From: Pirellulales bacterium
GTDB taxonomy: Bacteria; Planctomycetota; Planctomycetia; Pirellulales; JAICIG01
Assembly: GCA_040901675.1 (NCBI GenBank)
Contig: JBBDYJ010000035.1
Coordinates: forward strand, 96,001-160,000
Direction: 5' to 3'
Length of the DNA: 64,000 nt
A program made the translations under genes and the position numbers. Numbering within the stretch: the first letter of the stretch is position 1; every line of letters begins with the position of its first letter. A model generated the notes under the pieces. The model was not told the origin of the DNA. It did not search any database and saw only the letters and a list, made by a program, of their open reading frames with translations. Below are positions 20,124-32,386 of this stretch, piece after piece.

Positions 20124-23100
20124 TCACCGTTGGCGTTGGAAGGCCGCTTCATGCCGCAGGATCCGTAGTATCCGAGCAAAGCTCGCCTTGCGGTTGATCA
20201 CGGAGAACTGCGAATCGGAGGCGGTCTTTTCAAACGTGGCGAGGATTTCTTGCAGCCGGTCCGAGCCCTCTTGTGGCCGGCCCGCCGCCCGCGCAGCGGC
20301 GATTTGCTCCAGCTCCGACAACCGCAGATATTTGATCCAGCCCGGTCCGTTTCTCGTCGCGTCTAGATCCCGCCTCAGTGCCCGCACGTCGCGCAGCCAC
20401 TGCTGTGAATAGCCGCCAGTGCCGGGTTGCCTGCGAGCCGCCTCTTGTCTCGTCCTTGAACGATCCGCACTGCCGAGCCCCGATCCGTTCCTGGAACTCT
20501 CGGAAGTCCGGCCTTGACCGGCGCTTGCCGCGCTTCTCGCGGCCGGCTTCTGGCTGGGAACAAGCTCCTTTCCCGCCAGTGTGAACAGGTTGCCGCTGGC
20601 CAGATCGGCAGTGTCGATGGCCAAATGCAGGTTGCGCGGCTCGTCCATCACGCGCAGCCGAACCAGCATCTCCATCTTTCCGCCTTCCTGGAAAACCGAC
20701 AATCCCGCGGACAGCCGGGCGCTCTCCACGCGGAGAAGCCGGCCCGAGGCCGCCGCGGCCGTTGCCTTCGCGCCCCACTGGACCGCGTCGCCCGTGGCGT
20801 TGACCGCGAACTGCGAAGCATCCAGAGCGGCCAGTGCCCCATCCCGCGCCACAAACAGCGGGGCCACACGCGGATCAGCGTCCACGGGCGCGGCATGGGC
20901 CAACTCAAAAGCCTTTTGGGTCACTTTCACGGCGGCCAGCGCCACATCGCGGCCGACAAACAGCCCCGCCACGCGCGGATCGGAATCGATCGGGGCCGTG
21001 CCGTGAATCGCCCGAAGTCCATCGTTGGCGACGTTGAGCGCGGCCTGCGCCGTCTTCTGGGCCGCGAACAGGACCACGATTTGCGGATCGGCGTCCACCG
21101 GCACCGCGTTCACGGCCGCGCTGACTGCGTCATACACCTTCGCTTTCGCCTGGTAGGCGAGCCTTTTCACGTCGCGGTCGATTCCCTTCGCGTCCTTGTC
21201 GATGCCCTTGGCAATCTTGTCGAGCCCCGCGGCTTTCTTCCAGGCTGCGACGGCCTTATTGAAAGCCGCCTCGGCTCTGTCCAAGGCGACCTTGGCTCGA
21301 TCCCGATCCGCTTTCACTCCCGCCAGATCCTTGACCCGCTGCGCTTTCACCGCTGCGCGGCGCGCGTTGATCTGCCGGCTGATGCCGTCCAAATCCCGCT
21401 TTGCCTTGCCGATGGCGCCCAGGTGTTGGCCTCGCTCGCGATTCACCTGGGCCCGCATCTTGGCGATGTCCGTATTGATCCGGTTCAGATCGGCTTCGGC
21501 GCGCCGCAGCGCGGCTTCGTTCGTGGCCCGGTCACGCCTCACCTGGGCCCGCGCATTGGCAATGTCGGTATCGATCCGTTGCACGTCCCGCTTGGCTTGT
21601 TCCAAGTCGGCGTCGGCCTTGGCAAAGTCTCGCTCAGCCTGTCTCGCCCAGGCCAGGATGTCGTCCGAGACCTTGCTCTGAAACGAATTGGCAAAGTCAT
21701 TCTTGAACCCGGCCGAAAACTGCCAGGCCGGTCTCTCCAGCGAACTCGTACAGCTCACGTCCACCTCAAACGCGTCGGCCAATCGGCCGACCATGGTCAC
21801 TTCCGACCGTTTGGCATTGAGATCCGCCAGGGCCGCGACGCGATTGCCCAGCAGGTCGCAGCCGCCGCTGGCCCGAAAATGGCTGTCCCTGCTCGCGGCC
21901 AACAGCAAGTCGAGCTTCGCCTCGTGCAGTTGAATGGGGCCCAGTCGGAACTCGCTGACGGTGGCCTTGACCGAGGTCCGCGGCTTGCGGCTCGAAACGT
22001 CCACCAGTGCGTCGACTTCCGCCGCGCGCGAGCCGAACAGGTAGAGCTGGCCCTTGAGTCCTACACCGTTGGGCACGCCCAGCTCCTCCGATCCGCCGGC
22101 GGGCGCATAGAGAACGTCTACTGCCCGCAAATCGAAGTCGGGCAGCAGCACGCCGACCACCCTGGCGTCGATGCCCCCGTGCGCCGCGCTGGCCAGATCG
22201 TTTGCCACCGCCACTAAATCATCTCGAGTCAACGAATCGACCGAACCCCGGAAGAAAACGCTCGGCACGCCTTGGCGCGTCGTCATGCCGCCCGCCACGC
22301 TGACGAGCTTGGCGGCCAGCTTCATATCCCCCTTTACCCCGACCAACATCCGCGGCGGTCCACCGCTGGTGCTTTCGGCGCGCAGCTCCAAGGCCGCCGA
22401 GTGCAGCTCCAAGCCTTGGATACCCAACGCGTTGCGCCAAGGCCCGTCGTCATCGGACCGTGCCGAGATCGCCAGGCCGCTCTTGCCGCCTCTCCCGGCC
22501 GCGTCCCCCAAGAACAAGGCGCGGCAATCGAATCGCCGTTGGTCGCTGCCGCTGCCGACGAGCATGTTGAATGTCACACCCGCCATGGGTCTGCCCGTCA
22601 CCAGCAGCGCCAGATCCTCGATCCGGAAGGCCTCCGGCAAGCCCGCCAGCGTGCCGCTGGCCAGCTTCGCCCGCAGCTCGGCATCTTTGGCCGCCGTGCT
22701 CATCAGCCGGCCTTGCTCGCGCGCCTTGCGGAACGTCTCCTGGTCAAAGTTCTTGAGAATCACGCCTTCGAGCACCAGGTTGTCGATATTCGGCCCCAGC
22801 ATTTGCAGTCCGGCGAGAATCTCCGCGCGCACTTCCACCGCGGTGGCCAGGTTCACACCGTCTTGCACGCTCAGCGAGAAGTCGCCGCTGCCGTAGATGT
22901 CTCGATAAAACTCGCGGACCGCGGGTGCCATCGACGCCGACGAAACCGTCAAGCGATGGCGTGAGAAAATGACTACCGGCGTGGCCATCTGCAGTCCTTG
23001 GCCGGCGATTGTTCCCACCGCCGGGATCAACTGGTCCAGGTTCTGAGTGGGCAACCGCCACGCTAACAGCCACTGCCCCACGCCCCCCGCTGATTTCTCC

Positions 23101-23402
23101 ACGTACTGCAGCAGCACGGGAGCATCCTGCCCCGCAAACGTCGCCGTGCCGGCCACGCTTCCATCGCTGCCAACCCGCGGCGTCTGAATCGTGATATCGG
23201 CCAGGTAGGTGTCTTTGAAGGCGGCGATCTCCCCCAGCGCGATTTTGCCTTGCGCTGCCGCCGCCGTGCGGAATTCTTCGGCCAGCTCGGCCGGTGCTGC
23301 AGCACAGACCGCGCCCCACGTTGCGACCAATGCTTGCACCGTTGCGACCTCAATCCAGCGGCGAGCGGTTCGACGGCGGATAGGTATCATGACGTGTCGC
23401 AT
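20124..23402 (-). CDS. Large putative secreted protein with beta-rich N-terminal half and a long coiled coil
   Basis: 1092 aa, AAGGAG RBS, signal-like N-terminus, three P(V/I)D(A/S)DP repeats. Confidence 0.75.
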   Translation of the reverse strand: MRHVMIPIRRRTARRWIEVATVQALVATWGAVCAAAPAELAEEFRTAAAAQGKIALGEIAAFKDTYLADITIQTPRVGSDGSVAGTATFAGQDAPVLLQYVEKSAGGVGQWLLAWRLPTQNLDQLIPAVGTIAGQGLQMATPVVIFSRHRLTVSSASMAPAVREFYRDIYGSGDFSLSVQDGVNLATAVEVRAEILAGLQMLGPNIDNLVLEGVILKNFDQETFRKAREQGRLMSTAAKDAELRAKLASGTLAGLPEAFRIEDLALLVTGRPMAGVTFNMLVGSGSDQRRFDCRALFLGDAAGRGGKSGLAISARSDDDGPWRNALGIQGLELHSAALELRAESTSGGPPRMLVGVKGDMKLAAKLVSVAGGMTTRQGVPSVFFRGSVDSLTRDDLVAVANDLASAAHGGIDARVVGVLLPDFDLRAVDVLYAPAGGSEELGVPNGVGLKGQLYLFGSRAAEVDALVDVSSRKPRTSVKATVSEFRLGPIQLHEAKLDLLLAASRDSHFRASGGCDLLGNRVAALADLNAKRSEVTMVGRLADAFEVDVSCTSSLERPAWQFSAGFKNDFANSFQSKVSDDILAWARQAERDFAKADADLEQAKRDVQRIDTDIANARAQVRRDRATNEAALRRAEADLNRINTDIAKMRAQVNRERGQHLGAIGKAKRDLDGISRQINARRAAVKAQRVKDLAGVKADRDRAKVALDRAEAAFNKAVAAWKKAAGLDKIAKGIDKDAKGIDRDVKRLAYQAKAKVYDAVSAAVNAVPVDADPQIVVLFAAQKTAQAALNVANDGLRAIHGTAPIDSDPRVAGLFVGRDVALAAVKVTQKAFELAHAAPVDADPRVAPLFVARDGALAALDASQFAVNATGDAVQWGAKATAAAASGRLLRVESARLSAGLSVFQEGGKMEMLVRLRVMDEPRNLHLAIDTADLASGNLFTLAGKELVPSQKPAARSAASAGQGRTSESSRNGSGLGSADRSRTRQEAARRQPGTGGYSQQWLRDVRALRRDLDATRNGPGWIKYLRLSELEQIAAARAAGRPQEGSDRLQEILATFEKTASDSQFSVINRKASFARILRILRHEAAFQRQR

Positions 23403-23879
23403 TCAAAACTCCTTCCCTTGGGAACGGCCCGATAGAGCAATCGCAGCCGCGACCCAGCAAGAAATGACAAGACCGCCGGACCGATGCGGGTTACCGGGGC
23501 AGCACGGACCAGCGCCGATTCCAACGCCGAACTTGCTTGTGACCGTCTCTTCAGCCCTTCGGGCCGCCGCTGGCTTGGATCCCGGCGGCTAGAGCACGCG
23601 CCAAAAGCATGGCGACCACCTGGGGCCGTTCTCCCGAGGGGCGTGAGGCCAGGATCGTCTCCAAGCGATCTGGCGCACTGTGCACGGCAGGGGCGCCACG
23701 CACGGCAGGGGCGCCACGTGGCCCTGCGGCGACGAACGGACGATCTCCCAGGGCCGGCTGCCGGGCGGCGACCCGCCACGCGGGCGGCGTGATCGTCCTC
23801 CCTGGGGCGCGAGGGGTTGCCCGGCGTCTGATGCTTCACTCTTCCGCCCTCGCTCACGTTGCGGCCCAGAGGATGCGTG

Positions 23880-23950
23880 CGATCGACCTGCCCATTGCAG
23901 GTTCGAGTCGGGTTGGCTCCGTGAACGGAGCCGTTCCTGCTTGGCAGGCC
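23880..23950 (-). ncRNA. Candidate structured RNA or leader (three adjacent hairpins)
   Basis: Hairpins at 23936-23948, 23915-23932 and 23880-23910, starting at the predicted TSS. No family recognised. Confidence 0.3.
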
Positions 23951-23954
23951 CTTG

Positions 23955-23982
23955 AGCATACGGGAACAGGCCCCGATGTCCA
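23955..23982 (-). promoter_or_regulatory. Sigma70-like promoter
   Basis: Minus strand reads TGGACA-N16-TATGCT, just downstream of the preceding gene's stop. Confidence 0.5.
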
Positions 23983-24003
23983 GTAGAAAACCAGACTCTG
24001 TCT

Positions 24004-24871
24004 TCAAACCAGCCGGTCCAGCGCCTCCAACGCCACACGCCAACGCGGATGGCTCTCGCAGTAGGTCTCCCACCAGTCGCCGAGCAGCGTGGCCAGGTCG
24101 ACGGGCCCCGCCCGATCCAAATGCCAGGCCTCCAACGCGCGGGCCAAGGGCCGCTCGCCCGGCGCGATCAGCTCGACCTCCTGGGCGGCGTCCAGCACGG
24201 CCGGGACCATCGCCAGCAGCGCTACGCGGTGCAGCCGCTGACGAGAGATGTTCTCCGAGAACTTCGGCAAGTCGCTGTTGAGCACCGACAACAGCCAACC
24301 CAAACGCACCACCTCCGGCAGCTCGGCCATCGGGGTCGCCGGCATGCCCTCGAAGATCACCAGGTTGTAGGCGGCGTAGGCAGCCCCGCCGCCGCCCGTG
24401 GCCGGGTGCACCAGCACCACGTCGGCCCGCTCGGCGATCAGCCCGGGCTCGGTGCGGCGGCCCACGGCGCCCAGCAGCCCGCCGCCGCGGGCTTCCCACT
24501 GCCCGCGGATCGGGCCGGCCCGCGCGGCCAGCTCGTCGAGCAGGCCGGGCAGCGCGGCGGCATACGCCTGCTTGAGCGCGATCAGCCAGGCCGGCCAGAC
24601 TGCCCACGAGCGCCTCGGCCTTCTCGCGGCCGATTGTCTTGGTGAGGCTCAGCGAGGCCAGCTCGCGCTGGTTCTCATAGCCGACCGATAGCGGCACCAG
24701 GTGTCCGAAGAAGGTGTCCAGGTCGATGCCCGCCCCGGAAAGTCCCTCGCCCAGCGCCGCGGCCGGCTGCGCCAACGCTTCGGCCAGCCGTGCCTCGGCC
24801 AGCGGTTGGCCGCGGACCAGGTCCTCGGCCGCGTGGAAGCAGCCGGCCGATACGCTAGCGAGCCAACGCAA
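24004..24871 (-). pseudogene. Conserved hypothetical protein with a 1-nt frameshift at ~24589
   Basis: LRWLASVSAGCFHAA...LVGSLAG continues in another frame as WLIALKQAY...QWEARGGGLL...WRVALEALDRLV*. Confidence 0.7.
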
Positions 24872-24877
24872 CGGAGG

Positions 24878-25032
24878 ATCTTGGTGCTTGGTGCTTGGCA
24901 CTTTGGTGCTTGGATCTTGGTGCTTGGTACTTGGTACTGGGTGCTTGGTGCTTGGTGCTTGGGAAGGGCTCCGGCGTCCAAAGTCCAAAGGCCCAAGTCC
25001 CAAGACCCAAGATCCAAGAACAAAGACCTAAG
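24878..25032. repeat. Two oppositely oriented heptamer arrays (CTTGGTG / CCAAGxx)
   Basis: About 12 units at 24878-24962 and about 8 units at 24978-25032. Confidence 0.9.
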
Positions 25033-25161
25033 TGCTACCCCGCAAGGGCCGCCCCCGCTAAGATACGCTATTCTTTCATTCGCGACGGCCCCGATCCATT
25101 CATCCGGCGGCCCTTTTCTGCCCTGCCGCAATCGAAAATCAAAAACCCCACGGAGCCGCTG

Positions 25162-27072
<1,911 letters not shown>

Positions 27073-27372
27073 GGACATGTCATTGGTCCTTTGTCATTGG
27101 TCCTTTGTCATTGGTCCTTTGTCATTGGTCATTAGCCGTTTGCAGGGCTACACGTACCTGGAAGACCAGTGAGCGTCTTCGGACCGCCGCGCCGCCCGCG
27201 TCGACGGCTTTTTCGCCCCTTGGTGGCAAACCGGCCGCCGCTGGCCTATAATTGCTAACACCTTGCAATCCCGCCTGTTGCGCTTCGCGCGGGTCGCCCC
27301 ACGGCCCTCCTGCTAGATCCGCACCGACCCGACAATCCAAAAGTTCGCGACCACGGCCGCTGGAACCCCAGA

Positions 27373-28767
27373 ATGCACAATCGCGCCACGCCTGCCTCTG
27401 AACGCCATGCGATCTTGGACCTTGGATCTTGGAACTTAGAGCTTGGATCTTGGACCTTATGTCTTGGAGTGGCGGGCAGGCTCGCCGAAAATCGCGCCCG
27501 AAAGCTCCTGGTCTTGGCCGCCTTGGGCATGTGCGGCTGCAATTCCTCGCGCGAGGCATCTGACGCCGGCCAAGCGGCTGCAACGCCCCAGGCGGTCGAA
27601 GTCGCCGCGGTCCAGGTACGAAGCTGGCCGAAAACGGTCAGGGCCCAGGGGAGCATGATCGGCGACGAGCATGCCGTGATCGGCGTCAAGGTGGCCGGCC
27701 GGGTGCGGGAAGTCATGGTCGACCTGGGGTCGGTCGTGTCGGCCGGCGACGTGCTGGCCAGGCTGGAAGCCGAAGATTTCGACCTCCGGGTGCAACAGGC
27801 CGAAGCACAGATCAACCAGGCGCGGGCCGCCTTGGGCCTGAAGCCCGGCGACGACGATGAGCGGCTCGACCGCACGAAAGTGCCGCTGGTCCTGCAGGAG
27901 CGAGCCTTGCTCGACGAGGCCCGCTTGAACGACGAGCGCGCCCGGCAGCTTATCGAGAAAAACGTGATCACCACCGCCGAGCTGCAGGCGACCGAGGCGG
28001 CCTTGCGGGTGGCCGAAGCACGGTTCGAGTCGGCCCTGAATAGCGTGGAAGAGCAGCTTGCGACCCTGGCGGTGCGCAAGGCCGAGCTGGCGGTGGCCAG
28101 GCAGTCGCAGTCCGATGCGGTCATCCGGGCCCCGTTTTCAGGGGTGGTGCAGCAGCGGCACGTGGGCCCCGGCGTCTATCTGAACGTCGGCCAGCCGGTG
28201 GCGGCCTTGGTGCGCACCGATCCCTTGAGGTTCCGCGCGGGGGTTCCGGAACGGCAGTCGGCCCGGCTGGCGGTGGGGCAGGCCGTGCGATTGTCGGTGG
28301 AAGGCATGGAACAACCGATCGAAGCCCGGATCTCGCGGATCAGTCCGGCCCTGGATCTTTCGAACCGTTCGTTGACCATCGAGGCCGACGTCGCCAATCC
28401 CAACTTCGCCCTGCGGAGCGGCTTGTTCGCGGAGGCCGAAATCGTGATTGACGCGGGGCAGCGGGCCTTGGCCGTGCCCGCGCCGGCCGTTGTGGAGTTT
28501 GCCGGCGTGGAAAAGGTATGGCTGGTTCGCAAGGGCCAGGCCGGCGAGCAACGGGTGCGGACGGGCCGCCGCAACGGCCAATGGATCGAGATCCTCGATG
28601 GCTTGCAGGAAGGCGACCAGGTCGTGGCCCGCGGCGAGCAAGGCCGGGCCGGCCAGGTCACGGTGCTGATCGAGCCGGGGGGCACGATCGAAGCCGGCGA
28701 CTCCGGGCTGGTCCGGGGTAAAGAGGACCCGCCTTCCGTAAAAGGGTTGCCCGCCGTGGGAGGCTGA
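27373..28767 (+). CDS. RND efflux periplasmic adaptor (MFP) subunit
   Basis: Lipobox-like LAALGMCGC, KVAGRV, IRAPFSGVV, LRSGLFAEA, EILDGL.EGD.VV. Start uncertain because heptamers lie at 27410-27460. TATAAT at 27247-27252. Confidence 0.92.
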   Translation: MHNRATPASERHAILDLGSWNLELGSWTLCLGVAGRLAENRARKLLVLAALGMCGCNSSREASDAGQAAATPQAVEVAAVQVRSWPKTVRAQGSMIGDEHAVIGVKVAGRVREVMVDLGSVVSAGDVLARLEAEDFDLRVQQAEAQINQARAALGLKPGDDDERLDRTKVPLVLQERALLDEARLNDERARQLIEKNVITTAELQATEAALRVAEARFESALNSVEEQLATLAVRKAELAVARQSQSDAVIRAPFSGVVQQRHVGPGVYLNVGQPVAALVRTDPLRFRAGVPERQSARLAVGQAVRLSVEGMEQPIEARISRISPALDLSNRSLTIEADVANPNFALRSGLFAEAEIVIDAGQRALAVPAPAVVEFAGVEKVWLVRKGQAGEQRVRTGRRNGQWIEILDGLQEGDQVVARGEQGRAGQVTVLIEPGGTIEAGDSGLVRGKEDPPSVKGLPAVGG

Positions 28768-28771
28768 GGGG

Positions 28772-28830
28772 GGCAGAAGGAGGAAGGAGGAAGGAGGAAG
28801 GCAGAGGGCAGAAGGAGGAAGGCAGAAGGC
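28772..28830. repeat. Heptamer tandem repeat (GGCAGAA/GGAGGAA)
   Basis: About eight purine-rich units. Confidence 0.85.
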
Positions 28831-28921
28831 GTCAGACGCATTCGTTCGCCTTGTCGCCTGGGTCACGCTGACGCTTTGACCCAGCCACCCTGCCGCGAGT
28901 CGCAACCAGAGGAGCTTTGCA

Positions 28922-31900
28922 TTGCAGTGGCTTGCCCGGATCTGCGTTGGGCGTCCCGTGTTCGCGGTGATGCTGGTGATGGCCTTTGTCGTGGCCGGCG
29001 CCGCCTCTTACGGGGAGCTTGGCGTGGATCGCTTCCCCGACATGGACATGCCGACGGTGATGGTGCGCACGGTGTACGTGGGCGCGGCGCCGGAGGAAGT
29101 CGAGTCGGAGATCACGCAGGTGCTCGAGGACGCGGTCGCCACGGTGGAGGGGATCGACGAGCTTCGCTCCATCTCCGGCGAGGGCACGTCGTTTTTGCTG
29201 CTGACGTTCAATCTCGACCGGCAGATCGACGCCGCGACGCAGGACGTGCGGGACGCGGTCGGCAGCGTGCTCAACCTGTTGCCGCCGGACACCGACCCGC
29301 CCGTCATTCGCAAGCGCGATCTCGACTCGTCGCCCATTATGTCCCTGGCCGTTTCCGGACAGCGGACCAGCCGCGAGCTGTACCTGCTGGCGGAGCGCTA
29401 CGTGAAGAACGTGATCGAGTCGGCCCACGGCGTCGGCGAGGTGTCCATTGCGGGAGCGGCCGACCGGGCCGTGCAGGTCGATATCGAGTCGCGGCGTCTG
29501 GCCGCCTACCAGTTGTCGATCATGCAGGTCCGCGACGCCCTGGCGCGGCAGAACACCGAGGTTCCCGGGGGGCGGGTCGATGCGGGTATCCGCGAGCTGA
29601 ACCTGCGGACGCTGGGACGGCTGGACCACACCCGCGAGTTTGCCGACCTGGTGGTCGCCACCACCGAGGGCGCCTCGGTGCGGCTGCGTGACCTGGGCGA
29701 GGTCACCGACGGCTCCAAGGAAGTGCGGACCTTGGCCAGGCTGGACGGCACCCCGGCGGTGGTCCTGGAGGTGCAGCGGCAGTCGGGCGCCAACACGGTC
29801 GAAGTCATCGAAGCCGTGAAAGAGCGCTTGGGCCGCAGCCGCGAGCTGCTGCCCGCCGGAGTCGAGGTCGACGTCATCCAGGACCAGTCGCGGTACATCA
29901 ACGCGGCCATGGACGAGGTGCAAAAGCATCTGATTTCTGGGAGCATCCTGGCCAGCCTGGTGGTGCTCCTGTTCATGCGATCCTGGCGGTCGATGTTGAT
30001 CGCCTCGATCGCCATCCCGGCCTCGATCATCTCCACGTTTGCCGCTATGCGCGCGCTGGATTTCACGCTCAACAACATGACGATGCTGGCGCTGGTGCTG
30101 ATGGTCGGCGTGGTGATCGACGACGCGATCGTGGTGCTGGAGAACATCTTCCGCTGTATCGAGGAAAAAGGCATGCCGCCGGTCCAGGCGGCCATCGAAG
30201 GGACGCGGGAAATCGGCCTGGCCGTGCTGGCCACAACTCTGTCGCTGGTGATCGTCTTTCTGCCCGTGTCGTTCCTGTCCAGCGTGACGGGCCGCATGCT
30301 CTACCAGTTCGGCATGACGGCCACGGTGGCGATCATGATCTCGTTGTTGGTCAGCTTTACGTTGACGCCCATGATGTGCAGCCGCATGCTGCGGGTCGGG
30401 CACCAGGCGGGCAAGGGGCCGGCCTCGCGGCGTGGCTTCTACCATTGGCTGGAGGCCGGCTACATGGTCTGTCTCAAGTGGTCCATGCGGCACCGCTGGA
30501 TCGTTTGCGCCGTCGCGCTGATGGTCATCGCCGCCAACGTGCCGCTCTATCAGTGGGTGATGCAGGATTACCTGCCGACGAACGTGGACGAATCGGAGTT
30601 CGAAATCAGCATCGAGGCCCCCGAGGGCGCGTCGCTGGCGTCGATGGATCAGACGATGCAGGCCGTCGAGGAGCAGCTCCGCTCGATGCCGGGCGTGGTT
30701 CACTTGCTGGCTGTCGTCGGCAGCCGCGGCATTGCCCGCGTCAACCGCGCCAACGTGTACGTGCGGCTGGACGACATCGAACAGCGGACGTTCTCCCTGG
30801 GACGCCTGGTCCGCGCGACGCTGGCCGGCCGTCCCCAGGCCGCCTGGCGGGGAAACTATTCACAGCGCGACAAGATGCAGCAGGTCCGCGATCGCCTGGC
30901 CCAGTTCAGCGAGCTGCGGGTCGCCGTCCGCAACCTGACCTCGCTCCGCCAGGGCGCGCCCGTCGACATCGACTTCTCGATCACCGGACCCAACGTGCTG
31001 GTGTTGGCCCAGTTCAGCGACCAGTTGCGAGAAAAAGTCTCGCGGATCCCCGGCATCGTCGATGCCGACACCACGATGCGCCTCGACAAGCCGGAGCTAC
31101 GAGTCGAGATCGATCGCGAGCGGGCCGCGGCCCTGGGGGTGGAAGTCCAGGAGATCGCCGAAACGCTGCGCGTCGCGGTGGGCGGCGACGATCGCGTCTC
31201 GCGTTTTCACGATGCGCTGATCAACGACGCCTTCGACGTCGAGCTGCGGCTGGTCGGCATCGACCGCAGCAACCGTGACGCCATCTCGCAGCTTTACGTC
31301 CGCGCCCGACCGATGCAAAGCACCCGGGTCCGCGGAGCTCCGACACCATCCGGCGCCGAACCGCCCGCCGGCCTGACGCGGCTGGACAACGTGGTCCGCT
31401 TCCACTACGGAGAGTCTGCCCCCCGCATCGATCGCCTCGACCGGCAGCGCATGGTCGCCGTGCGGACCAACATCGCTCCGGGATACGCGCTGGCCGACCG
31501 CATCCAAGCGGTCCACCAGGCCGCGGAAGAACTGGGGGTGCCGGCTGGGTGCAGCACGCGCGTCTTGGGCCGCGGCCGCGAGCTGGAACGCACGCTGGCC
31601 GACTTCGCCTGGACCTTTGCGATGTCGTTCATCTTCATGTACATCGTGCTGGCGGCCCAGTTCGAGCACCTAGTGCACCCGCTGACGATCATGATCTCGC
31701 TGCCGATGGCCGTGCCCTTCGGGCTGATCAGCCTGTGGCTGGGAGGCGAGAGCTTGAACTTGTTTTCGGCGATGGGCATCCTGGTGCTGTTCGGCGTGGT
31801 GAAGAAGGCCTCGATCCTGCAGGTCGATCACACCAACCAACTGCGGGCCGCGGGAATGGACCGCCTACCGGCCATCCTGCAAGCCAATCGCGATCGCCTG

Positions 31901-32188
31901 CGGCCGATCCTGATGACCACCGTGTCGTTCGTGGCGGGCATGCTCCCCTTGCTGATCGGCGTGGGACCAGGCGCCGAAGAACGCCGCTCGATCGCGGTGC
32001 TGGCCGTGGGCGGTCAAACCTTGTCGCTGCTGTTGACGCTGCTGGCCGTGCCCGTCGTCTACTCCCTGTTCGACGACTTGGGATGGCTGATCCCACGTCG
32101 CCGCGGCTCCCAGGCGGACGCCGCACTCCCCCAGCCGGCCCCCGAAGCGGAGTTGGTCACGGCAGGCGACGGCAAGGCGGAAGGATGA
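28922..32188 (+). CDS. AcrB/AcrD/AcrF-family RND permease
   Basis: VGVVIDDAIVVLENI, RLRPILMTT, many TM segments. TTG start with GGAG RBS. Confidence 0.96.
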   Translation: MQWLARICVGRPVFAVMLVMAFVVAGAASYGELGVDRFPDMDMPTVMVRTVYVGAAPEEVESEITQVLEDAVATVEGIDELRSISGEGTSFLLLTFNLDRQIDAATQDVRDAVGSVLNLLPPDTDPPVIRKRDLDSSPIMSLAVSGQRTSRELYLLAERYVKNVIESAHGVGEVSIAGAADRAVQVDIESRRLAAYQLSIMQVRDALARQNTEVPGGRVDAGIRELNLRTLGRLDHTREFADLVVATTEGASVRLRDLGEVTDGSKEVRTLARLDGTPAVVLEVQRQSGANTVEVIEAVKERLGRSRELLPAGVEVDVIQDQSRYINAAMDEVQKHLISGSILASLVVLLFMRSWRSMLIASIAIPASIISTFAAMRALDFTLNNMTMLALVLMVGVVIDDAIVVLENIFRCIEEKGMPPVQAAIEGTREIGLAVLATTLSLVIVFLPVSFLSSVTGRMLYQFGMTATVAIMISLLVSFTLTPMMCSRMLRVGHQAGKGPASRRGFYHWLEAGYMVCLKWSMRHRWIVCAVALMVIAANVPLYQWVMQDYLPTNVDESEFEISIEAPEGASLASMDQTMQAVEEQLRSMPGVVHLLAVVGSRGIARVNRANVYVRLDDIEQRTFSLGRLVRATLAGRPQAAWRGNYSQRDKMQQVRDRLAQFSELRVAVRNLTSLRQGAPVDIDFSITGPNVLVLAQFSDQLREKVSRIPGIVDADTTMRLDKPELRVEIDRERAAALGVEVQEIAETLRVAVGGDDRVSRFHDALINDAFDVELRLVGIDRSNRDAISQLYVRARPMQSTRVRGAPTPSGAEPPAGLTRLDNVVRFHYGESAPRIDRLDRQRMVAVRTNIAPGYALADRIQAVHQAAEELGVPAGCSTRVLGRGRELERTLADFAWTFAMSFIFMYIVLAAQFEHLVHPLTIMISLPMAVPFGLISLWLGGESLNLFSAMGILVLFGVVKKASILQVDHTNQLRAAGMDRLPAILQANRDRLRPILMTTVSFVAGMLPLLIGVGPGAEERRSIAVLAVGGQTLSLLLTLLAVPVVYSLFDDLGWLIPRRRGSQADAALPQPAPEAELVTAGDGKAEG

Positions 32189-32253
32189 GCGGGAAGCGAC
32201 GTCCCTTAGCGGTTCGCGTGTCACGGCTCCGCGGCCAGTGCGCGAACGAAGAA

Positions 32254-32277
32254 CCACTCGCGGAGCGAGTGGACCAC
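32254..32277 (-). repeat. REP-like hairpin GTGGTCCACTCGCTCCGCGAGTGG
   Basis: Same family as 17985 and 19708. Confidence 0.75.
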
Positions 32278-32386
32278 ATCAGGACTTCCTCCTTCCCTGC
32301 CACGCGTATAATGGCCTGAATCGCCTCCGAGCGCCGGCCTGGCCCAGGGCGACCAATCGAAGCTTTTAGCTGCATCAATCGCGCCC

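Noticed and set aside
23780..23950. tRNA, tmRNA, SRP, RNase P or a known riboswitch
   Set aside because: GGTTCGAGTC is T-loop-like, but no cloverleaf or other family consensus could be built by eye.
23387..25003. 538-aa ORF as a single gene
   Set aside because: It is a composite of heptamer repeats, the first third of a frameshifted gene and non-coding read-through.
24895..25161. N-terminal extension of SpeA
   Set aside because: Translated heptamer repeats. SpeA-like sequence begins at about ATG 25162.
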